Part shown: positions 15,113-25,121 of the stretch, in pieces
Layout: each line of letters starts with the position of its first letter
Position numbering within the stretch: the stretch's first letter is position 1
NCBI GenBank assembly: GCA_009694725.1
Contig: SICV01000005.1
Span: forward strand, 1-60,485
From: Candidatus Pacearchaeota archaeon
GTDB lineage: Archaea; Nanobdellota; Nanobdellia; Pacearchaeales; GW2011-AR1
Length of the DNA stretch: 60,485 nucleotides
Direction of reading: 5' to 3'
Notes under the pieces: generated by a model
What the model saw: the letters and a program-made list of their open reading frames with translations, nothing else
Databases searched by the model: none
Told to the model about the DNA's origin: nothing
Program-made: the position numbers and the translations under genes

Positions 15113-16297
15113 TTACAAACTAACCAATTTAACAGCGTTACCTTCAATACTACCGAAGGTTGTAGCACCGCAGAATTGTACACCGAATTCATCACACGTC
15201 TTAATCATTGCACTGGTAGCTTGACCATCAACCACAATCGCAAAGACAGGTTGCTTGCTATAGGCAATGGCCTTCGCAACTTCACGAGCGCCCACTTGCT
15301 TGATAACGGAACCAGTGCCATCTAATAAGACAGCAGACTTGGAATCGCGGATCTTTTCAAAGGCAGCACGAACAGCTTGTTTTCCTTCAACCGTTGGTTC
15401 TGGTCGTGCAACAGGTGCAGGAGCAGAAACAGATTCAGCAGCAGATTCTTGATGACCGTTAAATCGACCAAACTTGCGATCAAGCGCAAGATATTCCCCA
15501 ACAGTCATTCTCCGGCGCAATGCAAGCAAGATTTCCTTACCTTGTAATTCTTCCACTTCTTTACCATCAGGAGCAACGGAAACGAATGCAATTTTTGCAT
15601 TATTAATAACGTTCTGAGCAATCAATTTCCCGCCCCGATCTCCATCAACGAACAGGGTAATTTCCTTAGTCATACCTAAGCGTGCAATTTCGGCAGGTAA
15701 TTTGGTACCGTTCATACCAATCACATTATTGATACGATTTTTCAATAAATTAACCACATCAGCACGACCTTCACACACAATAATTTCATTCCCACTCAAA
15801 TCACCAGCAGGTAATTTTTCTTCACCATATTCTTGAATCTTAGCAACGCGATTTTCTTCTTTCAACGTCTTACTCATTTCTCCAATTTCTTCACCCGAAC
15901 CATCAAGTCCTTCTAGTAATTTCTTTGCACGTGCAATAATAAAATCACGCTTAGCTCCTCGAACATCTTCAATCTTATTAACCACAATCTGAGCTTCAGT
16001 AGGACCAATACGGTCAATCGTTTCCAACGCAGCAGCAATAATAGTCGTTTCAGATTTATCAAGTGCACTTGGTACTTGTAAACTACCCACACTTTTTCCA
16101 TCTACAATCTCTAAATCAACTTCAATACGTCCAATTTTACCTTCTTTCTGTAAATCGCGCATTTCAAGAGCTTCACCCAATAATCCTTCCGTTTGACCAA
16201 AAATAGCTCCAATGACATCAGGCTTTTCAAGAGGCCCTGCTGCGGTGAACGCTGCATGGATCATGTATTTAATGGATACCGGACTGACTTTTGCCAT
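15113..16297 (-). CDS. dnaG: Archaeal DnaG (Toprim; exosome-associated primase-like protein)
   Basis: VIGAIFGQTEGLLG, CEGRADV, FVDGDRGG, APDGKEVEEL; start MAKVSP at 16297. Confidence 0.95.
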   Translation of the reverse strand: MAKVSPVSIKYMIHAAFTAAGPLEKPDVIGAIFGQTEGLLGEALEMRDLQKEGKIGRIEVDLEIVDGKSVGSLQVPSALDKSETTIIAAALETIDRIGPTEAQIVVNKIEDVRGAKRDFIIARAKKLLEGLDGSGEEIGEMSKTLKEENRVAKIQEYGEEKLPAGDLSGNEIIVCEGRADVVNLLKNRINNVIGMNGTKLPAEIARLGMTKEITLFVDGDRGGKLIAQNVINNAKIAFVSVAPDGKEVEELQGKEILLALRRRMTVGEYLALDRKFGRFNGHQESAAESVSAPAPVARPEPTVEGKQAVRAAFEKIRDSKSAVLLDGTGSVIKQVGAREVAKAIAYSKQPVFAIVVDGQATSAMIKTCDEFGVQFCGATTFGSIEGNAVKLVSL

Positions 16298-16473
16298 AGT
16301 GTGTAATAACGACCTATCCAAGGTCCCGTCGTAGAGGGAGAACAAACAATAAACTGTCTACCGAATGCCTAAAAAGGCCCTGAGTCACGAAAGCACAGAG
16401 TGCTTAGGATGACCGAAGAACCGTAAGGTTCTCAGGTGTGAATGTGAGTTCTTACTACACTATCCCCAAATGC

Positions 16474-17385
16474 TTATTTAAACCTTTTCTTTTGCTCATA
16501 ATAGGAAGAAGGGACTGAAAGGTCTTGTAAGAGCGGTTCTTGTGCAATCGCTTCATGCACCCCTTGTAAAAGACGTAATTCGAGCGGACGTGCAATCCGA
16601 CTTGCTTTCGTCAAATTAAGACTATTGTCCATAAACTTTCGTTTAGAATCATTGATATGGTACTCACTTCCTTTAAATTCTCCTCGTAACAAACGAGGCA
16701 GGTCATGGACATACGCGTCCTGTTCTGCAACAAAGTAGAAAAAAGTAGGGTGGATTGACCGTTCATTGAGACCAGCAAGGATTTCCTGCGGAGAAAGGGT
16801 AAAGGTGCCACGGGCATGTTGGGTGCAATGATGCCCTTCATGCGCAATAAGCACATGGCGTAAATCTTCAGCAGTCATATACGCGAAAGAAGGATCTTCA
16901 AAAGGCTTTCTGCCTACTAAGATGGGGACAGATTCTCCGTTGCCCATCCTATTGAGAACATTCGGTGTTTTCATATCATAATCTCCCCCCTTGGAAGCAT
17001 CTACTTTCTGAACAAAATCCGTCGCTCCAACGCGGACATAATAGTCTTGCATAACATTTCCATCATGATCATACACTACACCTGAACAATGGGGAATCTG
17101 ATTCGTGCCAAGGATTTGGTTGATAAACTGCTGACGCAATGTAGGATGACGACGAGCGTCGTCATAGGTAATAGTTCCCTGACGAAGGCCGGCAACATGG
17201 TGCTCTGCATACAAACGAGCAACTTCATGAATCCCTCGCTTTGCTACAGGAAGGAGCAACAATCCAGCAGCAATGCCTGCCACTCCATACGCAACCATTC
17301 GGCGCACTTTCTTCCGAGAAGCATCTGCAACTACTTGTGCACATTGCTCACGTTGTACCCTTCCGGGAGATTTAAATCGACCCAT
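16474..17385 (-). CDS. Membrane-anchored putative zinc metallopeptidase-like protein
   Basis: N-terminal TM; HExxH (AHEGHH) with downstream EQDAY. Confidence 0.5.
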   Translation of the reverse strand: MGRFKSPGRVQREQCAQVVADASRKKVRRMVAYGVAGIAAGLLLLPVAKRGIHEVARLYAEHHVAGLRQGTITYDDARRHPTLRQQFINQILGTNQIPHCSGVVYDHDGNVMQDYYVRVGATDFVQKVDASKGGDYDMKTPNVLNRMGNGESVPILVGRKPFEDPSFAYMTAEDLRHVLIAHEGHHCTQHARGTFTLSPQEILAGLNERSIHPTFFYFVAEQDAYVHDLPRLLRGEFKGSEYHINDSKRKFMDNSLNLTKASRIARPLELRLLQGVHEAIAQEPLLQDLSVPSSYYEQKKRFK

Positions 17386-17538
17386 ACAAAAACCGAAGAA
17401 AGTACCCTTTTAAAGCTTTAGAAAAAGAAATGAGGAAACAAATCACCAGGCGGAAGGCGCTATATAAAGATTGCGCGTCCTAAAAAGAAGCATTTTCTCG
17501 TCTGTAAGGTTTATATATCTGGGGAATAAGCAAAGAAG

Positions 17539-17652
17539 ATGGTGAAAAAAGAGGGCGCTGAAGTGGTCGTGTCTCCCAACATGATTACCGAAGAACCTGA
17601 AGATTTCGAAGAGGAGATTTTTGATGATCTCGATTCGTTATCTGACGAATAA
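17539..17652 (+). CDS. 37-aa highly acidic small protein (MVKKEGAEVVVSPNMITEEPEDFEEEIFDDLDSLSDE)
   Basis: Translated by hand; AAGGTTTATATAT promoter about 20 nt upstream and T-rich tract downstream. Confidence 0.55.
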   Translation: MVKKEGAEVVVSPNMITEEPEDFEEEIFDDLDSLSDE

Positions 17653-17741
17653 TATTTTTGTTTTTTTAATATGCGCGGTGTAGGGCAGCATTCTTTTTTC
17701 TACAACAATCCTTAAATACTGACCAATAACCTTCTCTTTCT

Positions 17742-18308
17742 ATGGAACAAAGAGGGGTAGGTGAAGTAACAAAAGCAGATATTCAAGCAAAGCTTGCAAC
17801 GGTCGGAGATTATGTTAAAATGGATTTCTTACAACAATGCCTCAAAAAAATGCTGGACTTCGATACCCGCAAATACGTTCTTCTCACGCTTGCAACTATC
17901 TATGAACAACGTCATATGTATCTTGAAGCAGGAAAATTAATACGCAATGCAGCCGAAATTAACACGACATTTGAAGGAAAGATGCAAGACTTCCTGAAAT
18001 CAGCAGAATTGTTAGTTCGAGGGGGCGCATTTGATGAAGCGCGTGTTTCATTCATAAAAGCAATGGGGTCAGCAAATGAACGTCAAAAACCGGCACTCCG
18101 TGACACCTTCAAAAAAGCACACTTCACCACCGCAGAAGAATTCCTCAAAAAAGACAAACGCAAACATGCGTTAGAATCATATGAATCAGTACTTGCACTT
18201 GAATTCATCACACCAGAAGAAAAACGTAAAGCTCAAATTGCAATTCTCCCGCTCTACGAAAAACTCGGTAAAATTAAAGAGTTTATGAATTTAAAGAAGC
18301 AGTTGTAA
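17742..18308 (+). CDS. TPR-like helical repeat protein
   Basis: Helical repeats LATIYEQRHMYLEAG, ALESYE, LYEKLGK. Confidence 0.65.
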   Translation: MEQRGVGEVTKADIQAKLATVGDYVKMDFLQQCLKKMLDFDTRKYVLLTLATIYEQRHMYLEAGKLIRNAAEINTTFEGKMQDFLKSAELLVRGGAFDEARVSFIKAMGSANERQKPALRDTFKKAHFTTAEEFLKKDKRKHALESYESVLALEFITPEEKRKAQIAILPLYEKLGKIKEFMNLKKQL

Positions 18309-18319
18309 CGTAGCTCTAC

Positions 18320-19192
18320 TCAAGATAATCCTTCTTTCCATTTACTATCAAGATAGGTCCCCAAAATTTTAAATCCACGAGTAAATTGTTTTTGATGTTG
18401 GGGGCCAAAGAGAACCTGCATATCCTTGTAAGCGGCAGTAAAGCAAGGGTTTTTAGCATGCGTCTCAAGTTCAATAAGAAAACGATATGCCGTATTTCCT
18501 TGAGGGCGAGATTGAATATACACTTTATTGATTCCTCTTTTTCTTAAAGGCATTAAAACAAAGTCATCAAGCGCACCAGGAAAGTCAGGAAGCCCACTAA
18601 TGGAGAGGAGCGTTTTGTAACGCAGAGATTCAGTACTAAATACTTCACAGGGGGTTATGCTTAAGACACCAAATCGTGTCCGATTACCAGGCACAAGGTT
18701 ATCGACTAATACTGCAAGGCCTTCTTTGTGTAATGCAGGCACATTTGCAATTGCTGCAGCATTACGCAAGCGTTGATTCTGAATAGTTCCTGCAGCACCG
18801 GCGGTGCTCCCTGTTTCAACAATATCATAGTTCTCAGATAATAACGTATCGAGTGCCTCAGCACATTGCGCAAGTGCTTGAGGATGAGAATAGAGTGTGC
18901 GAACCTGAGCGAGAGTTGTTTCTTGTAGTGCACCTAATGCGTGTACAATGGGCATCCAAGCTTCACCGATCAGATGGGTATGATCCATCCGTGCCAGAGG
19001 ATCAAGCATTTGAAAGACAGGGCCTTCTTTGATATTTTCAAAGGGCACGACTGCGCGGTCAACTATCCCTTTCTCTACAGCACGTACAACACGCCCTACA
19101 GGAGAAAATGATACTAATTCTTCATGAGGGAAAAGCCGCTGAGCCATCTGCCAGGTATACGTTCCTTCTGGACCTAAATAGCCAACACGCAT
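18320..19192 (-). CDS. pheA: Prephenate dehydratase with ACT domain
   Basis: YLGPEGTYT, VVPFEN, YSHPQALAQC, NRTRF, IQSRP. Confidence 0.9.
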   Translation of the reverse strand: MRVGYLGPEGTYTWQMAQRLFPHEELVSFSPVGRVVRAVEKGIVDRAVVPFENIKEGPVFQMLDPLARMDHTHLIGEAWMPIVHALGALQETTLAQVRTLYSHPQALAQCAEALDTLLSENYDIVETGSTAGAAGTIQNQRLRNAAAIANVPALHKEGLAVLVDNLVPGNRTRFGVLSITPCEVFSTESLRYKTLLSISGLPDFPGALDDFVLMPLRKRGINKVYIQSRPQGNTAYRFLIELETHAKNPCFTAAYKDMQVLFGPQHQKQFTRGFKILGTYLDSKWKEGLS

Positions 19193-19234
19193 ATAAAATG
19201 CGTCAAAAACGAATTAATAAAGATACCGTTCATT

Positions 19235-19627
19235 TCATATATGTGTATGCCGGTAATGTACAAGTGCTCGAGATCCTGTACCCACAACCCCGCGTCCAGC
19301 TATGAGTAATGCTCCAGAAAAGAAAGCATCTTCATAACGCCCTTCTAAGGCAAGCTGAGTAGTGACATTACAAAGACCAAGAGAAAGTAATCCGGTTAAT
19401 CCACTAGCTCCAAGGCCGCTCACACAGGTCATCATTTGGTGCAGGGGATGTTCAATACTTGCTTTTCCTTGTTTTCTATCTATCAAAGAGACGAATGAAT
19501 ACACTAAAAGATCTAATGCCGCACGTTTAGCATGAAACGCATAAACTTCAGTACAACCGGGGAGCGCAGGAATGAATAATTCTTTGACAAAAGAACGTAT
19601 AGTTGAATCCATACAAAAAGAAGTCAA
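19235..19627 (-). CDS. Hypothetical protein, possibly membrane
   Basis: ORF with hydrophobic segments; start uncertain. Confidence 0.4.
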   Translation of the reverse strand: MTSFCMDSTIRSFVKELFIPALPGCTEVYAFHAKRAALDLLVYSFVSLIDRKQGKASIEHPLHQMMTCVSGLGASGLTGLLSLGLCNVTTQLALEGRYEDAFFSGALLIAGRGVVGTGSRALVHYRHTHI

Positions 19628-19662
19628 TAAACGCTATAAAAAGATATCGAACTAATAAAAAA

Positions 19663-20946
19663 TTAAACTAATTTCTTAGCAGTTACTTCAATACACACGC
19701 CAGCTGCAACGGTTGATCCAGCATCACGAATTGCAAACCGAGCCATATGGGGATTGACTGATTGTGCTTCCAATACTAAGTTACCAATTGGTTTCAAACG
19801 TACTTTAGCAACATCACCGTTCTTCAAAAAGTCTGGACTCTTTGTAACAACGCCGTCAGGGCCAGTCTTTTCAATCAATTCAATGAATTGGCAGGGCACT
19901 TGTGCAGTGTGAACGTGGAAGACAGGAGTATAACCCTTTGCAATGACTGTAGGGTGTGAAATAACAGCAACTTGAGCAACGAATTCTTCAGCAATGGTCG
20001 CAGGTTTTGCAGCATCACACACAACGTCACCACGAGCAACATCTTTCTTACCCACACCACGAATATTAATACCTACATTGTCACCAGCTTCCCCTTGTGG
20101 CATTTGTTCATGGTGCATTTCAATAGTTCGAACTTCACCTTCAATACCTTTGCCAGATCGACCAGGTAAGATAATAACTTTTTGACCAATCTTCATAATC
20201 CCTGTTTCAATTTTACCAACAGGAACAGTACCAATACCAGTGATTTCATACACGTCTTGAAGAGGCATACGAAGAGGTAATTCAGTTGGTTTATCAGGCT
20301 GCGTAAATAAGTCAAGTTGTTCTTTTACGGTTGGGCCTTTGTACCAGGGCATATTAGCCGATTTATTAACAACGTTATCGCCCTTAAATCCAGAGATAGC
20401 TAAGAAAGTAATACCTTCAGGCTTATATCCTGCTTGCTTCAAGATAGGGGACACTTCAGCAATAACTTTCTTGTAGGCATCTTCCTTGAATTCAACGCGG
20501 TCCATCTTGTTATCATTAACGGCAATCTGAGAAACACCCATTGTTCTCAAAAGCCAGACATGTTCTTTCGTCTGTGGTTGTACGCCATCTATAGCGGATA
20601 ACGTAAGGAATGCAACGTCTGCTTGAGAAGCACCAGTAATCATGTTTTTAACGAAGTCTTTGTGACCAGGAGCGTCAATAATAGTAACTTCAAATTTATT
20701 AGTAATTAATTTCTGATAGGATAAGTCAATAGTAACTCCACGTTCACGTTCTTCTTTGAATTTGTCCATAACGAAGGCGAATTCGAATCCAGCTTTACCG
20801 TGTTTTTGAGCTTCAGCTTTTAACTTCTCCATTTCTTCAGGAGTTACTGCGCCAGAGTCGAACATCAAACGACCGATTGTGGTAGATTTACCATGGTCAA
20901 CGTGACCGACGAATACGACGTTTAATGTTGGTTTTGTTCGTGCCAT
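19663..20946 (-). CDS. tuf: Elongation factor 1-alpha
   Basis: GHVDHGKST, ERERGVTID, DAPGH, NKMD. Confidence 0.98.
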   Translation of the reverse strand: MARTKPTLNVVFVGHVDHGKSTTIGRLMFDSGAVTPEEMEKLKAEAQKHGKAGFEFAFVMDKFKEERERGVTIDLSYQKLITNKFEVTIIDAPGHKDFVKNMITGASQADVAFLTLSAIDGVQPQTKEHVWLLRTMGVSQIAVNDNKMDRVEFKEDAYKKVIAEVSPILKQAGYKPEGITFLAISGFKGDNVVNKSANMPWYKGPTVKEQLDLFTQPDKPTELPLRMPLQDVYEITGIGTVPVGKIETGIMKIGQKVIILPGRSGKGIEGEVRTIEMHHEQMPQGEAGDNVGINIRGVGKKDVARGDVVCDAAKPATIAEEFVAQVAVISHPTVIAKGYTPVFHVHTAQVPCQFIELIEKTGPDGVVTKSPDFLKNGDVAKVRLKPIGNLVLEAQSVNPHMARFAIRDAGSTVAAGVCIEVTAKKLV

Positions 20947-21052
20947 TGTAAAAGTGAGCTGTGAAAGTGGCTATTTAAATCTTTTTGTGAGAGAAAAATA
21001 GAACGGTTAGAAATGATATATGTTTATATACTTCCGACGATAAATTAAGTTC

Positions 21053-21805
21053 ATGGGAGTTGTCGACCCAACCTATTTTGATATTCCTTCTCAGAAAGTT
21101 ATTTCACTCAATACGTTTGCTCATGGATTAATAAGTGTAGCTAAACGACGTTTACATATGCGTTGTAATCAAGGATACAATCCTGGTGCAGAAAGTATTG
21201 GTGAAGCTTCACAAGCTATTCGACAGTCTGATCACGATCGAAGAAACATCGGTGAAGTAAAAGACACAGATGAACAACAACACGATCTGCTTCAAATGCG
21301 GAATGCCCAGGACAATGAAGCAAAGTTTGAAGACGATGTGTTAATATATTTAGTATTACAAACACGAGATCAATTTACCGCAAGAGTTTCTCCACATTTC
21401 CCCCTTCCTGAACAAGGAACCTATGCTCGAGCACACTGGTTTAGTCACGCAGCAGATACAGAAATATTTGGTATGGCATTCGGTGCTCGTCCTATCACTG
21501 ATGAATGTCAAGAGCGAGCACGCGATTGGTATGGGGATGCTGCATTATTAGAAGATGAAATCTATGGGCGGGGAAATGCACAGGGACAAGTGCATCACAA
21601 AATGCACGATCGTTTTGAACGATATTTCGGAGTAACCTGTGAAGCAGCAGAAGTCGCTATGCAGGGAACTTCAAGAACGCCCCCCCATAAAGAGTTGTTC
21701 ATTATTCGGAATATTCGAATGGATCGGCTTTTAGAAGCATTATCTCTCGCAAAAACCCGTACAGAAAAAGAAGCAATTATTGCACAACTGAAAGAGTTAC
21801 ACTAA
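21053..21805 (+). CDS. Hypothetical protein
   Basis: 250-aa ORF with TATA upstream. Confidence 0.65.
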   Translation: MGVVDPTYFDIPSQKVISLNTFAHGLISVAKRRLHMRCNQGYNPGAESIGEASQAIRQSDHDRRNIGEVKDTDEQQHDLLQMRNAQDNEAKFEDDVLIYLVLQTRDQFTARVSPHFPLPEQGTYARAHWFSHAADTEIFGMAFGARPITDECQERARDWYGDAALLEDEIYGRGNAQGQVHHKMHDRFERYFGVTCEAAEVAMQGTSRTPPHKELFIIRNIRMDRLLEALSLAKTRTEKEAIIAQLKELH

Positions 21806-21808
21806 AAA

Positions 21809-22240
21809 TCATGCTCGTGAAGGAACAATACGATCAAACAATGAAAAAAGAAAAGGTCTATGACGAAGGGCAAGCGATAATCGTTTCAATTGTGTACGAG
21901 TTACCCAGGCATACTCCGAAGATTCATCATTAATAATGACCTCACTTCCTCGATAGGTTTGTACCTGATAATAGAATGCAATGACATGACGTGGCTGGGA
22001 GGGAGTAGGGAGATATTCATGCATAGCAAGATGAGTAATCTCACGAGGGCGCAATCCTGTTTCTTCCCACGTTTCCCGTCGAATAGCACGCTCTAACGAT
22101 TCGCCAAAATCAACTTTTCCTCCAGGAAATGTCCAGGCGTTCGGATACTGTTTATGGAGTGCTCGTTTCAGAAATAATAACTGATCGTCTTTAACAAGCA
22201 CTCCTCGCACCACGACAAGCGGACCTTGCTTTTGTTTCAT
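21809..22240 (-). CDS. NUDIX hydrolase
   Basis: Nudix box GGKVDFGESLERAIRRETWEETG. Confidence 0.92.
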   Translation of the reverse strand: MKQKQGPLVVVRGVLVKDDQLLFLKRALHKQYPNAWTFPGGKVDFGESLERAIRRETWEETGLRPREITHLAMHEYLPTPSQPRHVIAFYYQVQTYRGSEVIINDESSEYAWVTRTQLKRLSLALRHRPFLFSLFDRIVPSRA

Positions 22241-22305
22241 ATACTCTACTTCTTAAGAAAGAGGTAATAAAGATATATGTAAAATAAAGAACAGAATCAG
22301 TACTC

Positions 22306-24495
22306 TTACTGATTTTCAGCAAGACCCTTTCGCGTACGGATACCGCGAATAACGCCTTGTTGTAATTCACCAGGCATTTTCTGGAATTCTTGATCAAGTA
22401 ACGAAGAGATACCCCTGCCTTCTGTTGCAGAACGAAGATCTGAACTCCATCCAATCATTGAAGCTACGGGGATTTTTGCTTTAATCTGCGTATCAATGCC
22501 CTCTTGTGTGACATCCAATAAGACGCCACGTTTTCCACCAATGAGTGTAGTAACGACACCCATAAAGTCAACCGGTACTTCAACAACATGTGTCTGAATA
22601 GGTTCAAGCAATACTGCTCCGCCCTTTTTCATACATTCAAACATGCCCTGACGTACCGCTGGATAAATTTGGGCAGGTCCCCGATGCATATGGTCCACGT
22701 GTAACTTTGCATCATGGAGAATAATCTTTGATTTCATCATTGGTTCTTTTGCAAGCGGACCACCATCAATCACTAACTTCCACCCATCAATAATCGATTC
22801 AATAACTTCCGGCAACAAGACCAGACCGCGAGTGCGTTCCTCAAAGACATTCCCTTTGTAAATTTCTTGGTACTGACGAGCTTCATCATTACTCACACCA
22901 AGGGCAGATAATCGCTTCCATAAATCTTCAGCTTTCTTCTTAACACGACCTTCTTGCAATTCACCACGTTCAATTGCACTATAAATGGTATCTTCCAAAG
23001 GTTCCATACTGAAGAAAAAGACGTTATGTCCGTTCGGAGTACGAGATTCAATTTCAGGAGAGGCCTTTCCAATACTTTCTCGATACACTACAATAGGTGA
23101 ACCCATCTTCACATCCAGTCCTTTTTCAGTCTTAATTCTTCCCTCAATAATTTCTAAGTGGAGTTCGCCCATACCAGACATTAAGTTTTCACCCGTTTCT
23201 TCATTAATCTCAATTTTCAAGCTTGGATCCTCTTTACCCACTTTACGCAAGACATCAATAAGTTTAGGTAAATCTTGAGATTTCAACACTTCAATAGACT
23301 TGGTAATAACGGGTTGGAAGATATGTTTAATTTCCTCAAAGGGGGTCTGAGGGTTGACAGTAATCGTATCACCAACATCACAATTCAAACCAACTAAGGC
23401 AAGAACATTACCGGCAGGTACTTGATCGAGTTGTTCTGGCTTGATACCATTATAGACTAATACCTGTTGTAAACGATATTTTTTCTTGGCATTATTCGCC
23501 CAGACTTCCATGCCATTCTTAATCGTTCCCGAATACAATCGTCCTGCCGCAACTTCTTTACCTGAACGTCGATCAATCGCAATATTGGTAATCACGAAGG
23601 CAACTTCCGCATTCCGATCACAGGTCAATAATCCCTTTGCAAAGGTAGACTCCATGTCTCCTCGCCAGATACGAGAAATACGATATTTTTGTGCTTCTAC
23701 CGGGTTTGGTAAGTGTTTGATAGCCATATCCAAGACAACTTCATGTAACGCGGCATTAGCCCAGACCCAGTCTTTTCGAGCAACTTCATCCAGTTCATAG
23801 ATGCGATAAATATCTTTGAACGTAATATTTTTCTTCTTCATAAAAGGTAAACTCATTGCCCAATTTTCTCGAGCAGATCCAAATGCAACACTCCCATCCA
23901 TAACGTTCACTTGCCACTTTTCCTTATATTCAGGTTCAGCAATCTGCATAATCAAATGGTTGAAGGACGTAATTAATTTCATAAACCGTTCTTGCATTTG
24001 TTCAGGAGTTAATTGTAATTCTTTGATTAAACGGTCAACTTTGTTAATAAACAAAACGGGCTTGACACGTTCACGGAGCGCTTGTTTCAAAACCGTTTCA
24101 GTTTGGGGCATGATCCCTTCAACGGCGCAAATCAACACAAACGTACCGTCAATCGCACGCATTGCACGCGTCACGTTTCCACCAAAATCAACGTGTCCAG
24201 GGGTATCAATTAAATTAATCAAATAATCTTTCCCATCATAGGTGTGACCCATACTCACGTTTGCGGCATCAACCGTCATTAAACGTTCTTGTTCATCTGC
24301 ATGTTGCCAGGTCGTCATACCATCTTCCAAATCTCCCGCATTCTTACTTGCCATCATACCAGCAGCAGCAAGGAGATTATCAGTAAAGGCGGTCTTTCCA
24401 TGGTGAATGTGAGCAGACGTTGCAACATTACGAATATCTACTTGACTATTCGTGAGTCGATCAATTTTTGCTAAACTTGTTTCTTTTTCTACCAT
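22306..24495 (-). CDS. fusA: Elongation factor 2
   Basis: DTPGHVDF, NKVD, GMGELHLE, HRGPAQI (diphthamide His), LRSATEG. Confidence 0.98.
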   Translation of the reverse strand: MVEKETSLAKIDRLTNSQVDIRNVATSAHIHHGKTAFTDNLLAAAGMMASKNAGDLEDGMTTWQHADEQERLMTVDAANVSMGHTYDGKDYLINLIDTPGHVDFGGNVTRAMRAIDGTFVLICAVEGIMPQTETVLKQALRERVKPVLFINKVDRLIKELQLTPEQMQERFMKLITSFNHLIMQIAEPEYKEKWQVNVMDGSVAFGSARENWAMSLPFMKKKNITFKDIYRIYELDEVARKDWVWANAALHEVVLDMAIKHLPNPVEAQKYRISRIWRGDMESTFAKGLLTCDRNAEVAFVITNIAIDRRSGKEVAAGRLYSGTIKNGMEVWANNAKKKYRLQQVLVYNGIKPEQLDQVPAGNVLALVGLNCDVGDTITVNPQTPFEEIKHIFQPVITKSIEVLKSQDLPKLIDVLRKVGKEDPSLKIEINEETGENLMSGMGELHLEIIEGRIKTEKGLDVKMGSPIVVYRESIGKASPEIESRTPNGHNVFFFSMEPLEDTIYSAIERGELQEGRVKKKAEDLWKRLSALGVSNDEARQYQEIYKGNVFEERTRGLVLLPEVIESIIDGWKLVIDGGPLAKEPMMKSKIILHDAKLHVDHMHRGPAQIYPAVRQGMFECMKKGGAVLLEPIQTHVVEVPVDFMGVVTTLIGGKRGVLLDVTQEGIDTQIKAKIPVASMIGWSSDLRSATEGRGISSLLDQEFQKMPGELQQGVIRGIRTRKGLAENQ

Positions 24496-24504
24496 GGTAA
24501 ATTA

Positions 24505-25119
24505 TTATCGCGCTGAATCCGCTTGTTTTTCAACTTCATTCTTTTTGCTCATAGCAAAACTTTCCATATTGCTTTCAGATGCTTTGATAAGTTCATCAGC
24601 GAGTGCTTCAGCCATTTTCTTCTTTTTACCGAATGCTTTTGCATAACTTCCTTGGACAATCCAACGAATAGCTAAGTTAATACGACGAATCGGAGCACAA
24701 TCAACTGCTTGCGGATAACGTGCACCCGCTTGTTCAATAACGGTGATTTCATCTCGAGGAGACCCATTTTCAATAGCGCTTGCAAGTACTTGAATCGGAT
24801 TTTTCTTCGTGCGGTGTTCAATCAGTGCAAGGGCAGTCATTAACGTGCGCATATTTTTATTATATTTGCCAGAACTCCAAGAAGTAATAACTTTGTGCTT
24901 CTTACCTTGATGTCCCGGTACAGCTAAACGATTTGCAAGACGTTCAATTAAATTAACCTTTGTATTTCCTAAATATTCAGTATTACGACGACCATAGGAT
25001 TTAACCAAAATGCGAGGCACAAAGTTCATGTATACTTTCATAGCGGGATCTTTAATCGTAATTACAGACACGTCGTATAAATCAAATACTTTCAAGGTAG
25101 AAATTGCTTGCTCAGCCAT
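24505..25119 (-). CDS. rps7: 30S ribosomal protein S7 (uS7)
   Basis: NPIQVLASAIENGSPRDE, QAVDCAPIRR, EKQADSAR. Confidence 0.97.
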   Translation of the reverse strand: MAEQAISTLKVFDLYDVSVITIKDPAMKVYMNFVPRILVKSYGRRNTEYLGNTKVNLIERLANRLAVPGHQGKKHKVITSWSSGKYNKNMRTLMTALALIEHRTKKNPIQVLASAIENGSPRDEITVIEQAGARYPQAVDCAPIRRINLAIRWIVQGSYAKAFGKKKKMAEALADELIKASESNMESFAMSKKNEVEKQADSAR

Positions 25120-25121
25120 GC

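Noticed and set aside
16378-16400. Hammerhead ribozyme (CTGAG...CGAAA)
   Set aside because: The core does not match CUGANGA and there is no stem II
17444-17462. SRP RNA helix-8-like CCAGGCGGAAGG
   Set aside because: No AGCA, no supporting stem and no room for the rest of the RNA
17672-17690. tRNA 5'-like fragment GCGCGGTGTAGGGCAGC
   Set aside because: No anticodon or T arm follows, and it is too short to distinguish from chance
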